Virus record (IMG/VR): IMGVR_UViG_3300032301_000913
Span: 1-64,000 of that record
Length of the DNA: 64,000 nt
DNA from: a virus
Taxonomy: Duplodnaviria; Caudoviricetes
Direction: 5' to 3' (one strand)
Under the pieces are notes generated by a model, which was not told the origin of the DNA, did not search any database, and saw nothing but the letters and a program-made list of their open reading frames with translations. Of this stretch, positions 9,168 to 17,936 are shown piece after piece (the stretch's first letter is position 1; the number at the start of each line of letters is the position of its first letter). A program made the position numbers and the translations under genes.

Positions 9168-9817
9168 TGGAAAAATATTACACTTACGCATATTTGCGTG
9201 AAGATAGAACACCTTATTACATAGGTAAAGGGTGTGGGAACAGGATTAATGAAAATAAAGGAAGACCTTGTAAAAAACCAAAAGATAAATCAAGAACTAT
9301 TTTTCTAAAACAAAACTTAACCGAAGAAGAAGCATTTAAGCACGAAATCTATATGATTGCTGTTTTTGGTAGAAAGGATTTGGGAACAGGTATTCTTCAT
9401 AATAAAACTAATGGTGGTGATGGTGCTTCTGGGATGATCCATTTACCAGAATCAAAACTTAAAATGGGAACATCAAAAAACACAAAATATTGGAATAATG
9501 GTCTAAAAACTGTTAGAAAAATTGATTGTCCTGATGAAGGTTGGGTTGAAGGTAGATTGAATATGAATTATGATAATTGTAGAAAAGGATTATATTGGTG
9601 GAATAATGGAGTAAAATTAAAAGTTTCTAAAGATTGTCCTGGTGAGGGATGGAATAGGGGAATTGGAAAACTAATTAATAGAAAAGGTGTTGGTAAAAAA
9701 TATAACGAAAATGGATTTTCAACAAAGGGATTATATTGGTGGAATAATGGGATAAAAAACACTATGAAAAAAGAATACCCTGGAGAAGGATGGGTAAGAG
9801 GTAAAATTAAAATCTAA
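9167..9817 (+). CDS. GIY-YIG-type homing endonuclease-like protein with 3x WNNG...PGEGW repeats
   Basis: N-terminal domain nearly identical to 7876..8550; different C-terminal repeats. Confidence 0.82.
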   Translation: MEKYYTYAYLREDRTPYYIGKGCGNRINENKGRPCKKPKDKSRTIFLKQNLTEEEAFKHEIYMIAVFGRKDLGTGILHNKTNGGDGASGMIHLPESKLKMGTSKNTKYWNNGLKTVRKIDCPDEGWVEGRLNMNYDNCRKGLYWWNNGVKLKVSKDCPGEGWNRGIGKLINRKGVGKKYNENGFSTKGLYWWNNGIKNTMKKEYPGEGWVRGKIKI

Positions 9818-9878
9818 AGTAGAGGCACGCGAACAAGAATCTAAACTATACCTCAAGTATTTGAGTGAAAGGACTCCT

Positions 9879-9935
9879 GTGCCAGTTCGTCAAGTGCTCT
9901 ACTACTTCCCAACCCCCTGCTTAAAGTGGTATAAT
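9879..9935 (+). promoter_or_regulatory. palindrome-type early promoter element (palindrome inverted relative to copy at 632)
   Basis: gtgccagt-tcgtca-agtgctct (9879-9900), 29 bp, TATAAT (9930-9935). Confidence 0.7.
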
Positions 9936-9962
9936 TGGGAAGTAATCAAGGTAAAGTTCTCA

Positions 9963-10211
9963 ATGAAACTGCAATCCACGACTGGTACTATGATTATTGA
10001 TTATCACCCAGTCATGTTTGATGACAATACTCCTTTGGAGGATTGGTTTCTCAAAATCGTATCTATGGAAGGTAGTGATGCAATGTCCAAGAAGTTTATT
10101 CGCAAGAATGACATGTTTGATGAGATCAATGAACGTGTGAACATAGGTTATGAAGTTATTGACTTTAATACCGATTATCAAGTAGGAAATCCCATTACTG
10201 GAGCTTGTTAA
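9963..10211 (+). CDS. hypothetical phage protein
   Basis: ORF track (9861..10211); likely ATG at 9963. Confidence 0.65.
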   Translation: MKLQSTTGTMIIDYHPVMFDDNTPLEDWFLKIVSMEGSDAMSKKFIRKNDMFDEINERVNIGYEVIDFNTDYQVGNPITGAC

Positions 10212-10212
10212 A

Positions 10213-10416
10213 ATGACTGAAGATTTTGTAAAACTGAATGTTCATGAGATTGGTATTATTCTATCTTCACTCGAATTATTGAGTGTGAGTGAAGAGAAAG
10301 TAATTGCCAAAGATTATGGAAGTGCTCCTGCACTTTATGATAAGTTGTATTCGATTTATTCTAAAATGGATACATCAAATACCAGATTAATATACGATTT
10401 CACACCTTCATTTTGA
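10213..10416 (+). CDS. hypothetical phage protein
   Basis: ORF track. Confidence 0.7.
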   Translation: MTEDFVKLNVHEIGIILSSLELLSVSEEKVIAKDYGSAPALYDKLYSIYSKMDTSNTRLIYDFTPSF

Positions 10417-10419
10417 ATC

Positions 10420-10632
10420 ATGGAATCTAAAGCAAGAATTCTTTCTAGCATTACAGTTCTCTTTGCCTTTTACATAACATTGTATCATGACGGTATGGTA
10501 GGTGCAAGATTGTATATGCTGGGAAATCTTCTGGCACTTCCGTATATGATTCGAAACAAATGTTGGGATGTGGTTGTTTTACTTACATTTTTAATTATAA
10601 TGGGACTACCAAAAGTTATTGGAGTACACTAA
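10420..10632 (+). CDS. small integral membrane protein
   Basis: Two to three hydrophobic segments. Confidence 0.65.
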   Translation: MESKARILSSITVLFAFYITLYHDGMVGARLYMLGNLLALPYMIRNKCWDVVVLLTFLIIMGLPKVIGVH

Positions 10633-10835
10633 TGAATAACGAAGACATTAAATCATTCATGGAAGCATTTGATGATTTTATGAAACACTTTGAAGTGGAA
10701 GAACTTTACTACGAAGGTTGTATGGTTCATGAAAAACATCGTTCCGAAGCAAGAAGGATTCAGGAAGAAGAGATTGAATCAAAAGCGGCGGCACTGCAAA
10801 TAACCTGTGATTATTATATGGCAGAATTCTTGTGA
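10632..10835 (+). CDS. hypothetical acidic protein
   Basis: ORF track; TAATG-coupled start. Confidence 0.65.
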   Translation: MNNEDIKSFMEAFDDFMKHFEVEELYYEGCMVHEKHRSEARRIQEEEIESKAAALQITCDYYMAEFL

Positions 10836-11015
10836 ATACAAAAACCAAACTTCTTCTTACACTTTCTCAAGTAGAAGATATTATTAAACTCGTCGAAGGT
10901 AATGAGTACGAGGACTATTTTACTTCACATCTCATTCCAATTCAAGTTGAACTGAATCGACAGTTGACAAATCTATCACATTATACTAAAATCAAGGAGT
11001 AATTTAACACAAGAA

Positions 11016-11246
11016 ATGAAATCACTTTACATTGTTGACTACTGGGTTCCTTTTCCATCTTCCGAGTATGGTGGAGTTGTGAGTCTAATTGCCGATTCAG
11101 ATGCCGAAGCATTTATCATCTTATCAGAAGAAGAGCAGTTTGATGATAGGTATGTGAATCTAATCATGCCAAATGTGGTCAATGCTCAGAAGTTTAAATT
11201 GCAAGATGATTATGAGTCTGGTATTATTGATTCCTTTACCACATGA
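11016..11246 (+). CDS. hypothetical phage protein
   Basis: ORF track. Confidence 0.7.
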   Translation: MKSLYIVDYWVPFPSSEYGGVVSLIADSDAEAFIILSEEEQFDDRYVNLIMPNVVNAQKFKLQDDYESGIIDSFTT

Positions 11247-11524
11247 TTCCAGAGTTTCCCCATAAAGCACCTAAAGGTTATTCTTACGAATTTGAGCAAT
11301 TTAATGTGAGCACTATTCGCATTATGCTCCGTTGTCACAAAAAATTCGATTATAATCTTGGTGCTCCTACCTCAACTGCATGGGGATTCTACAAACCAAA
11401 GAAACGAGTCTACTATGCACCAATCAATTCAAAAACGATTGGTGCTGAAGTAAATATAGAGGACACTCGCAATTATAGTGCGATGCAAATCAAATTCACA
11501 CCATTGGAGCAATTCTTTGTATGA
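11243..11524 (+). CDS. hypothetical phage protein
   Basis: ORF track; ATGA coupling. Confidence 0.7.
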   Translation: MIPEFPHKAPKGYSYEFEQFNVSTIRIMLRCHKKFDYNLGAPTSTAWGFYKPKKRVYYAPINSKTIGAEVNIEDTRNYSAMQIKFTPLEQFFV

Positions 11525-11706
11525 ATACATTTTATAGTGGTTTAAACGTTCGGTACAAAGAATATGTTGGTAAAATTTACTTTGTATCCGAACACTACAT
11601 TACTATTTGTATACAAACATTTGAAGATAGGTTGCGGGATGTTTGCTTTCTAGTTTATCCTCATCAATGGAAAGATATTAAACTCCTAAAAGAGTCTGAA
11701 AAGTGA
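11521..11706 (+). CDS. hypothetical phage protein
   Basis: ORF track; ATGA coupling. Confidence 0.65.
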   Translation: MNTFYSGLNVRYKEYVGKIYFVSEHYITICIQTFEDRLRDVCFLVYPHQWKDIKLLKESEK

Positions 11707-11969
11707 AATCCAAGACCGCATGGAGATGGTTTGCCCTAGCACTTGGTGAGAAGGCATCCAAATGTGACAAAGAATCTGATATTGTAGCAAGGATTCGTGC
11801 TGGCATTTTTCTCACATATCTAATCACAAACTGTTTCATAGTGGCAGGAGTAATTAAACATTGGAACGATAATCAACCTATTGAGATTTACATTGACAAT
11901 GAAGTACCAAGTAACCTATCTGAAACCAAAAAAGAAATCGTATTCAAGACAGGTGGTGACGTTCTATAA
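11703..11969 (+). CDS. small membrane protein
   Basis: GTGA coupling; TM segment GIFLTYLITNCFIVAGVI. Confidence 0.65.
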   Translation: MKSKTAWRWFALALGEKASKCDKESDIVARIRAGIFLTYLITNCFIVAGVIKHWNDNQPIEIYIDNEVPSNLSETKKEIVFKTGGDVL

Positions 11970-12033
11970 GATTGAAGATGCAGGATTCTGGGAGCAGATG
12001 GTAAAGAATCAGGGATGTAAAGACGTTGAGATT

Positions 12034-12092
12034 GTGCCAGTTCTTTAAGTGGCACACTGCCTACACCACATTTCAGATCCTACCTCTACAAT
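12034..12092 (+). promoter_or_regulatory. palindrome-type early promoter element
   Basis: gtgccagt-tcttta-agtggcac (12034-12055), 31 bp, TACAAT (12087-12092). Confidence 0.8.
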
Positions 12093-12137
12093 GGGGTCAA
12101 GCGGAACAAATCCGCACCATCGCTCGAAATTCAAATT

Positions 12138-12425
12138 ATGACTACCGCAACTCGTCATCCTTTTACTATCGCTCGCACCTTCACCAAAGAAGAATCGAGT
12201 GCCGTCAGCATGTTGGAACTGCTTCCTTCCACCGAAGGTAATGACTGCTATGATGTGCTGGTATCTTATCACAGTTCTGATAAGGTCTACCGTTATGAGG
12301 TAGACGACGATGCTACCGCACAACTGTGGTATAGCATCATGAACGATCCTGAAGTGTGCTCCCTGACCTCCTGGGGCACTCTGGTGAATCGTGCTCGTGC
12401 TCATGGCGACATCGTGGAGGCATAA
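12138..12425 (+). CDS. hypothetical protein, possibly KTSC-like
   Basis: ESSAVSMLE...VLVSYHSSDKVYRYEV...SWGTLVN resembles the KTSC pattern. Confidence 0.5.
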   Translation: MTTATRHPFTIARTFTKEESSAVSMLELLPSTEGNDCYDVLVSYHSSDKVYRYEVDDDATAQLWYSIMNDPEVCSLTSWGTLVNRARAHGDIVEA

Positions 12426-12482
12426 GACAGTCTAGGAACTGTCACAATAGGGACACTGAAGCGATTCGGTGTCCCTTATAAT
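12424..12482 (+). promoter_or_regulatory. palindrome-type early promoter element with stem-loop
   Basis: aagacagt-ctagga-actgtcac (12424-12445); gggacac...gtgtccc hairpin; TATAAT (12477-12482). Confidence 0.8.
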
Positions 12483-12820
12483 AAGCAAGTCATCATCACA
12501 CACACATTTCAAATGAAAACCACCTACATCTATCTTGGAGTCATTGCTATTCTAATGTGGAATGGTTTGGCAATTCGACGTGATAATGAACTGTGGAAGT
12601 CCTACAAACAAACTAAGGCACATCTGGAGTATTGTCAGGCATTTCCTACAAATTCCAGTTGTAAGCAATGAGATGTTCAACTTCATCTCTGGTACTATCT
12701 TTGGTATCATTGTTGCAACCATCGGATTCAATGGTGTTGCAACAGTACTGAACGGTATCATGTTTCAAATTCAGAAACAAACTCTTGAACTGACTCAACC
12801 CCAATTACCTCCCCCCACAA

Positions 12821-13051
12821 ATGACCAACGAAACCAGTTACTATGATACGACTCCTGTTACAATGGAGTTTACTGCTGATGAGCACGATCTGTTGAATAG
12901 TATTCTCAATCATGCCATTGATGGAATGGATCTTGCGATTCCGTGCATTTATGACTTGCCGGAAGATTCTGAGATTCGGCAGCGTTATGATACGCTTGAG
13001 CACATGAAAAACCATTCTTACAAACTCTGGGCAAACCGATTTGGTAATTAA
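12821..13051 (+). CDS. hypothetical phage protein
   Basis: ORF track. Confidence 0.7.
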   Translation: MTNETSYYDTTPVTMEFTADEHDLLNSILNHAIDGMDLAIPCIYDLPEDSEIRQRYDTLEHMKNHSYKLWANRFGN

Positions 13052-13053
13052 TT

Positions 13054-13320
13054 ATGAAATTCTCTGATCTTAACTTTGAACCACATCCAAACTGGGATGG
13101 TGTTCAAGCAAGACACTTCTTTGATAATGGTTATGGAGTATCTGTAATCAAATCTTCCAATTCTTATGGTGGTTCTGATGGTCTTTATGAGGCAGCAGTA
13201 CTGAAAGTAACTGATGAAGATTTGGAGATAACTTATGATACTCCAATCACCAGTGATGTTCTTGGACATCAAACTGTAGAAGATATTGATTCTCTTCTTT
13301 TTGAAATTGAAAAACTTTGA
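13054..13320 (+). CDS. hypothetical phage protein (paralog of 29972..30223)
   Basis: MKFSDLNF...FDNGYGVSVI...YEAAVL. Confidence 0.75.
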   Translation: MKFSDLNFEPHPNWDGVQARHFFDNGYGVSVIKSSNSYGGSDGLYEAAVLKVTDEDLEITYDTPITSDVLGHQTVEDIDSLLFEIEKL

Positions 13321-13328
13321 GGTAAATT

Positions 13329-13655
13329 ATGAGACCTTTTCTTACTATTTTCGGGGCTGTTGTTGGCATTGCTGGTGCTGGTGCCATTGGATGGGGACTC
13401 ACCTATCACGACCTTATCTTCACCTCATTCTTTGCACCGAAGTATGAAAATGTTCGTAGGAATACATTTGAGCAATCAAAGTCATTCCGAACTGGTGCTG
13501 TTCAAGAACTGCAAAATATGCAGTTTGAATACATCAAAGCATCCCCCGAACATAAGAAAGCACTTGCTGATATTATTCGGCATCGTGCTCTCGAAGTTCC
13601 TGCCGATGCAATGCCCACCGACCTTCAATCCTTTATCTCTAATCTTCCTAACTGA
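13329..13655 (+). CDS. membrane-anchored protein
   Basis: N-terminal TM segment. Confidence 0.75.
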   Translation: MRPFLTIFGAVVGIAGAGAIGWGLTYHDLIFTSFFAPKYENVRRNTFEQSKSFRTGAVQELQNMQFEYIKASPEHKKALADIIRHRALEVPADAMPTDLQSFISNLPN

Positions 13656-13657
13656 TT

Positions 13658-14155
13658 ATGAAAACTGCTATTGCTATTGCTTCCATTGCCGTTCTTGGTG
13701 TTGCTCTTGTTGGGTGTGATTATACTCCCAATTCTGATGAGGCACAACGAGTACAACAAGAACGAATTCTACAAGAAGGCACAGCACAAACTGGTATGCC
13801 TGCCATCAAGAACTTCCGTGAACGCAAACTCTTGAAGCAAATCATTGAGATGCGTGACCAAGATGGTCTTGTGACTTATACTTACACTGTTCCTGAAACT
13901 ACTGGTCGTCCAGTGTTTCTGTGTAACTCTATTGGTTATGGTCTTCCTGCTGCCACACAATATACTAATCCCAAAAAGATTAGTTATCATAATGATGCTG
14001 GATATGAGGTTCTTCCTCAGGCAGATCCTAATGGACTGTTCTCTCCTGATAGTGCAGAAGGTACTTGGGTGATGTGTTCTGAACCCAATGGTAGTGGTAA
14101 GACCCGTCCAGTGTATGTTGAACCTCGTGTTATTGTATCACCCTTCAAACTTTGA
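13658..14155 (+). CDS. putative lipoprotein
   Basis: Signal peptide II with lipobox ALVG-C. Confidence 0.8.
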   Translation: MKTAIAIASIAVLGVALVGCDYTPNSDEAQRVQQERILQEGTAQTGMPAIKNFRERKLLKQIIEMRDQDGLVTYTYTVPETTGRPVFLCNSIGYGLPAATQYTNPKKISYHNDAGYEVLPQADPNGLFSPDSAEGTWVMCSEPNGSGKTRPVYVEPRVIVSPFKL

Positions 14156-14577
14156 TTATGAAACCTGACAACACTCTTCGTAACGCTTCTATTATTGGCG
14201 TTTCTTTTATTCTCTCCCTGTTTATCATTAATGCAGTGGTTGGTCCTCTCTATAATGTGTGGGCACAATCTCTTGATGGTAAGGCAGAACTGCAAAAGGC
14301 AGAATTCACGAGGCAGGTAAAAGTTCTTGAGGCAAAGGCACTTAAAGATGCTTCTGTACTACAAGCAGAAGCGGAAGTTGAAAGGGCAAAAGGTGCTGCA
14401 TCTGCTAACAAAATTCTTGGAGAAAGTCTGAAAGGAAACTCAGAATATTTGCAATATCTTTACATTCAAAATCTTGAAAATTCAGATAATAGCAAGGAAA
14501 AAACTGTAATTTATGTTCCAACAGAAAGAGGTATTCCCATTCCTATTACGGAAAGTCAGCGCCTAAAACAAAACTAA
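14152..14577 (+). CDS. single-TM coiled-coil protein resembling the SPFH/band-7 C-terminal region
   Basis: TM then AEAEVERAKGAASANKILGESL...YLQYLYI...VIYVPTE. Confidence 0.65.
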   Translation: MIMKPDNTLRNASIIGVSFILSLFIINAVVGPLYNVWAQSLDGKAELQKAEFTRQVKVLEAKALKDASVLQAEAEVERAKGAASANKILGESLKGNSEYLQYLYIQNLENSDNSKEKTVIYVPTERGIPIPITESQRLKQN

Positions 14578-14587
14578 ATAATTATAC

Positions 14588-14667
14588 CTGAATGACGGCA
14601 ATCTTCAGGGGAGGGTGAAAGACCCTCCTTTTTAATATAAATAATAATGCCGTCATTTAGAGTAGAA
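14588..14667 (+). promoter_or_regulatory. terminator + late promoter inside an RNA inverted repeat (HEG4 leader)
   Basis: ctgaatgacggca 14588-14600 / tgccgtcatttag 14648-14660; ggagggt-gaaag-accctcc-tttt; TATAAATA 14636-14643. Confidence 0.8.
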
Positions 14668-15252
14668 ATGAAAGGACTCATTTATTGTGTCTATTGTATT
14701 CCAACAGGAAAGAAATACATAGGACAAACAACACAAATATTAGAAAAAAGAATAAACAGACACTTTTGCGATAGTGAAAAAACAGATTATCATTTTCATC
14801 GTGCTATAAAAAAATATGGTAAAGAAAACTTTATATTTGGTGTCGTTGAAGAATGTAATTTAGAAGAATTAAATTTAAAAGAAATATATTGGATTGATAA
14901 GTATAATACTTTTAGTAATGGATACAATAGTGATACTGGTGGGTTGAATGGTAGATTAATTAGTGAAGACACCAAAGAAAAAATAAGTAATTCTCTAAAA
15001 AATAGAACTTTTACCCCAGAACATCTTGAAAAAATAAAGAAGTCACTTACTGGCAAAACTCTTTCAGAAGAAACCAGAAATAAAATAAGTCAAAGTAAAA
15101 TAGGTAAATCCAGAGGTCCATTAAGTGAGGAACACAAAAAGAAAATTGGAGATGCTAATAGAGGCAAAAAACTTGGACCTTTAAGTGAAGAACATAAAAG
15201 AAAAGTTGGTGAAGCACTAAAAGGTAAAAAGTATAAGAAAAGAATTAAGTAA
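14668..15252 (+). CDS. GIY-YIG homing endonuclease-like protein with NUMOD3 repeats
   Basis: GLIYCVYCIPTGKKYIGQT...GYNSDTGG; LSEEHKxKI repeats; likely ATG 14668 (track 14647). Confidence 0.88.
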   Translation: MKGLIYCVYCIPTGKKYIGQTTQILEKRINRHFCDSEKTDYHFHRAIKKYGKENFIFGVVEECNLEELNLKEIYWIDKYNTFSNGYNSDTGGLNGRLISEDTKEKISNSLKNRTFTPEHLEKIKKSLTGKTLSEETRNKISQSKIGKSRGPLSEEHKKKIGDANRGKKLGPLSEEHKRKVGEALKGKKYKKRIK

Positions 15253-15253
15253 G

Positions 15254-15312
15254 GTGACACTCTGACAACTGGCACACGGGGGCATCCGGATTCGTCTGGA
15301 TGCCACTAGACT
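15254..15312 (+). promoter_or_regulatory. palindrome-type early promoter element with stem-loop
   Basis: gtgacact-ctgaca-actggcac (15254-15275); ggcatcc...ggatgcc hairpin; TAGACT (15307-15312). Confidence 0.8.
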
Positions 15313-15335
15313 AACAAAGTAATTCACCAACGATC

Positions 15336-15506
15336 ATGACTTCCAATTCCTACGTCGCTCAACTGATGGAGAAAGGTTACACCGAACAGGAGTGCCGGTC
15401 TGCCCGTGCTTCAAAGATGACCTTCCCTTGCACCATTGGATCACGCACCTTTCATACTGAAGAGGCATATCAAGAGGCACTGCACGACTTTCTGAACAGT
15501 ATCTGA
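15336..15506 (+). CDS. hypothetical protein (56 aa)
   Basis: Read manually: MTSNSYVAQLMEKGYTEQEC... Confidence 0.55.
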   Translation: MTSNSYVAQLMEKGYTEQECRSARASKMTFPCTIGSRTFHTEEAYQEALHDFLNSI

Positions 15507-15648
15507 TGACTTGTGGAATCTTGGTGCTCCTGGCATATTCTCTGGGAGCACTTCAAGTTATGCTTATTCATTATCTTCATAAAACAAAATGAGCAAACTT
15601 CTTGATCTCATTGAACAAAACGCAATCAAACAATCACGTTCCAAAACT

Positions 15649-15849
15649 ATGTCTTCCTCATCTTCATCTTCTGGTGGCATCGGTTTCACCGGCGCACTGA
15701 CCATTCTGTTCATTGGACTGAAACTCACTCATGTGATTAACTGGTCATGGTGGTGGGTATTATCTCCCATCTGGATTAGTCTTTTAATTCTGTTGTTTAT
15801 TCTTCTAGTCATTGCTATTATTTTCCTGATCTCGGAGTTGAGCAAATGA
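15649..15849 (+). CDS. small phage membrane protein
   Basis: SSSSGGIGFTGALTILFIGLKLTHVINWSWWWVLSPIWI; likely ATG 15649. Confidence 0.75.
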   Translation: MSSSSSSSGGIGFTGALTILFIGLKLTHVINWSWWWVLSPIWISLLILLFILLVIAIIFLISELSK

Positions 15850-16046
15850 CCGAACGAGCTCAAAATGTAATGAACGCTATCTGGGAATCCAGAAATCAGG
15901 GAATTGATACTGAGAATAGATTAACTGCATCTATTCTTCGGATTGTGTCTGAAAACGTCACACACTACAATGCCCAGAATGATTTGGTTGTACTGGATAA
16001 GAATGATTTATTAAATCTTGCCAATGAAATCGAATCTCTAAACTAA
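15846..16046 (+). CDS. hypothetical protein, MTxRA paralog family
   Basis: Similar to 1558..1770 and 1767..1949. Confidence 0.7.
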   Translation: MTERAQNVMNAIWESRNQGIDTENRLTASILRIVSENVTHYNAQNDLVVLDKNDLLNLANEIESLN

Positions 16047-16472
16047 TTTCCACATATTTCCATCCCAACTCCAGGTATTATTTTTCCAGGTGTACTCATC
16101 CCCAACTTTCTTGTCTATGGGGAATTGAGGAACATCTGGATTTTCTATTTGTGGATTTTCAATTTGATTCATTACTTCATCAAAGTTTTGATTGACCCAA
16201 TCTTCCTTTGATTCAGTCCATTTTTGAATGGGACAAGAATCTAGGGCAAATCCTGCCTTGTGTTCTAACATACAACCACAATGCTTGCATCTAACTTGTT
16301 CCGAATCGTACCATTCACAAGTTTTACATATATCCAATCTTGCTTTCTTGACTTCCGGAGATACTATTAGTGCTCCGGTTCTGAGACTTGATTTGACAAG
16401 ATCAAATGCAAATGTTGCTAAATTCTTTCCTTGTTGTTGAAATGAAGGATAAGATTTGTTATCTTCTGTCAT
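16038..16472 (-). CDS. Cys-rich putative metal-binding protein
   Basis: CKTC...CKHCGC...CPIQKW; co-oriented with 16508..17725. Confidence 0.7.
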   Translation of the reverse strand: MTEDNKSYPSFQQQGKNLATFAFDLVKSSLRTGALIVSPEVKKARLDICKTCEWYDSEQVRCKHCGCMLEHKAGFALDSCPIQKWTESKEDWVNQNFDEVMNQIENPQIENPDVPQFPIDKKVGDEYTWKNNTWSWDGNMWKLV

Positions 16473-16507
16473 GATGATTTATAATTTAATTACCAATTAT
16501 ATATTAT

Positions 16508-17725
16508 TCAATCAGTGCCAGAGGTATTGCCTTTACAGTTACTCGAATTTTTGCCATTTAATGAATAACCACTTCCAACAGTTCCAATAATTGCAGATCC
16601 TGCCTGACCAGTATTATCTGAGGCATCTTTTCCCCAATCACCACCATTTCCTCCTGCCCTCCCATCTTCACCACTACCACCATAAGTTGGGCATCCTCCT
16701 TGTGTTCCTGATGTTCCTCCACTACCATCAGTTCTGGGGTGATTGTATCCTTGCCCATTTCCACCGGCACCACCAGTTCCGCCAGGAGCACCAGAAACTG
16801 CTACACTTGACTCTACCCAATCTGTTCTCGATCCAGTTGCAGTATATCCACAATACATAAAATAACTAGGACCATTTCCACGTCCACAGTCGCCGAAGAA
16901 ATCTTGTTCTATTTTTCCACCACGAGTATTCCATTCGGGACAATTTTGTTGCAGATATCCTAGCGGATTATCACTATTACAACGGGTGCCCACGTACTGA
17001 TAACCTGTATATGTGTAGTTTGTAGTCACATATCCACTTGTATCACATGTTCCGTCTGCACCTTTTGCACCATCTGCACCTTTTCCACCACCTCCACCAC
17101 CACCATAAACTTTAGCGCCTTGACTAATATTTACTGTGATATTCTTTCCATCCGTACTACGAACTTCGAGTGCTGGTCCTCCATTTGTACCACCGCCACT
17201 GGATGATCCATCTCCCCCTGCACCTAGAATTGATCCTGATACATTAATTGTTAAGTTATAGACAGTGCCAGCATCTAATTGTGCTGCCGGTCCTCTTGTA
17301 TCTACTGATCCACATGTTCCGGTAATATTCACAGTCTTCTTAATGTTCTTACCTAAATTACCATTCCAGTGTATTCCTGTTCCTGCTGGTCCATATTGAT
17401 TGTCACTATCAAAATAATTACCCATTCTAAATCCAGGATGATCGGGATAAGTATTATGATTAATTCCTGAATTATTATCAGTTCCACTTTGTGTTGCAGT
17501 ATAACTCTTTATACTATTTCTAAATGCACCAAATCTTAGATTCTTATCATCCGAAATGTTTGCATTCTCCGTTGCATCAGGTACGATTGGATTTGTTGCA
17601 TCAGTGGAAGTATTCCTTTTGTATGAACCAAAATTATTACCACCACCAAAGGCACTCTTTATATCACTGAATTTGATTGGGCCAGATGCAAAATATGGAC
17701 CATCAATGCTAAGAAGAACTGACAT
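16508..17725 (-). CDS. glycine-rich virion/tail-fibre-like protein (405 aa)
   Basis: GGGGGGKG and GxGGxGG repeats; minus-strand TAAATA at ~17756-17761. Confidence 0.65.
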   Translation of the reverse strand: MSVLLSIDGPYFASGPIKFSDIKSAFGGGNNFGSYKRNTSTDATNPIVPDATENANISDDKNLRFGAFRNSIKSYTATQSGTDNNSGINHNTYPDHPGFRMGNYFDSDNQYGPAGTGIHWNGNLGKNIKKTVNITGTCGSVDTRGPAAQLDAGTVYNLTINVSGSILGAGGDGSSSGGGTNGGPALEVRSTDGKNITVNISQGAKVYGGGGGGGKGADGAKGADGTCDTSGYVTTNYTYTGYQYVGTRCNSDNPLGYLQQNCPEWNTRGGKIEQDFFGDCGRGNGPSYFMYCGYTATGSRTDWVESSVAVSGAPGGTGGAGGNGQGYNHPRTDGSGGTSGTQGGCPTYGGSGEDGRAGGNGGDWGKDASDNTGQAGSAIIGTVGSGYSLNGKNSSNCKGNTSGTD

Positions 17726-17766
17726 TATTTCAGGTTTGTGGTAAGACTGTTTCTTTATTTAGAATT

Positions 17767-17910
17767 ATGAGAGGCAAAATGAGAGTTCCGATCTTTCCGG
17801 TTTCATATTATAAGGATAGTATTGAAAACAATCAAGAACTTAAGAATCCGATTGTACTGGACAAGAATGGTGTCATGAATCTTGCATCCGAAATTGAATC
17901 TTTACCATAA
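17767..17910 (+). pseudogene. chimeric remnant ORF repeating the 3' end of 15846..16046
   Basis: IVLDKNGVMNLASEIESLP vs VVLDKNDLLNLANEIESLN. Confidence 0.45.
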
Positions 17911-17936
17911 ATAACTGAAATAGAAATTCAGTTAGG

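Noticed and set aside
5619-15252. Endonucleases as group I intron-encoded ORFs
   Set aside because: No interrupted host gene and no recognisable intron core; they are free-standing.
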